Shown piece after piece: positions 36,309 to 36,959 of a stretch of 36,959 bases of DNA. Position 1 is the first letter of the stretch, and each line of letters opens with the position of its first letter. Source of the DNA: Clostridiales bacterium (GTDB lineage Bacteria > Bacillota > Clostridia > Oscillospirales > Oscillospiraceae); the NCBI GenBank assembly GCA_021205375.1, contig JAJPXR010000060.1, forward strand, positions 1 to 36,959. Direction: 5' to 3'. The notes under the pieces are model-generated. The model was not told the DNA's origin. It searched no databases and saw only the letters and a program-made list of their open reading frames with translations. The position numbers were made by a program, and so were the translations under genes.

Positions 36309-36440
36309 GTGGAACATGGTTCACGGTATGGCCCGCTCATTGAGCGGCATTCGGACGGGACGTTATACCGAATGTCCCCCAGCCAGCAGAAGCAAGCGGT
36401 AAAGCTCATCAAGAGGTATTGTTGCAACTGCGACAAGCTA
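36309..36440 (+). pseudogene. Probable truncated cysteine-rich VLP-like gene of clostridial mobile elements
   Basis: RBS GGAGGTGA; (V)EHGSRYGPLIERHSDGTLYRMSPSQQKQAVKLIKRYCCNCD resembles the recalled family N-terminus, then the frame runs into the CRISPR array. Confidence 0.55.
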
Positions 36441-36446
36441 GGGAGT

Positions 36447-36959
36447 GGTTATAAACCCGCCCCCGCGAGGGGGCGACTCAACCGCCGCTTGCCAACCGTG
36501 GCAGATAGTGGCATTTCAATCCACGCTCCCCGTAAGGGGAGCGACGTGGGCAATCCAGCGGGCGTAAGTCTGCAACTGGTTTTCAATCCACGCTCCCCGT
36601 GAGGGGAGCGACCCCACCTCGGAGGAAGAGGAAGAACCGGCGCAGGAATTTCAATCCACGCTCCCCGTGAGGGGAGCGACCGCAGCCAAAGACACCGTGA
36701 AGTTGGCGAACCTATTTCAATCCACGCTCCCCGTGAGGGGAGCGACTTCAAATGGAGAAATCACCGGAGCTGCCTTTGTGATTTCAATCCACGCTCCCCG
36801 TGAGGGGAGCGACCGGCGTTTTACCGCCGAATGTAAATCTATACGGATTTCAATCCACGCTCCCCGTGAGGGGAGCGACTGGCACGCTTGGCACCGTCGT
36901 TGGTAGTGGCGAGGTATTTCAATCCACGCTCCCCGTGAGGGGAGCGACTCTGTCTGCGG
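36447..36959 (-). CRISPR. CRISPR array with type I-C-like repeat (trailer end; continues beyond the window)
   Basis: 33-nt repeat ATTTCAATCCACGCTCCCCGTGAGGGGAGCGAC at 36513, 36580, 36648, 36714, 36781, 36847 and 36916, plus a degenerate copy at 36447-36477; unique spacers of 33-36 nt. The minus strand reads GTCGCTCCCCTCACGGGGAGCGTGGATTGAAAT. Confidence 0.98.

Noticed and set aside
36449-36906. ORFs with repeated SLPSRGAWIEI / ISIHAPREGSD peptides
   Set aside because: Translations of CRISPR repeats.

Overview
GC-rich Firmicute DNA, probably Clostridia (Oscillospiraceae/Ruminococcaceae-like, inferred from gene style). 1-11.3 kb: an OmpR-family two-component system sits between a leftward operon and a rightward paralogous lipoprotein gene. 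The leftward operon encodes two carbohydrate-type ABC permeases, a ~750-aa beta-propeller/solute-binding lipoprotein, a HlyD-like membrane-fusion protein and a MacB-like membrane protein. All three promoters share the same TTT(A/C)AG-N5-TTT(G/T)AG box exactly 21 nt before a -10, and the spacers carry heptamer tandem repeats and nested REP-like palindromes. 11.3-25.7 kb: a mosaic of accessory genes. It includes TetR with a stand-alone adenylation enzyme, GNAT and esterase; HxlR with a flavoprotein, PNPOx-ferredoxin, Zn-macrodomain and a truncated SirTM sirtuin fused tail-to-tail to an acyl-CoA dehydrogenase pseudogene; LysR; a Y-family polymerase-tag-yolD cassette; and HD, GNAT and flavodoxin-ferredoxin genes. 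26-30 kb: ugpAEB-like transporter plus glycerophosphodiesterase. 30-36.4 kb: YwaF-like membrane protein, GH3 glycosidase, HxlR, flavodoxin, radical SAM protein and a probable mobile-element gene relic. The window ends inside the trailer end of a type I-C-like CRISPR array. All calls come from motif reading only; no database searches were run.
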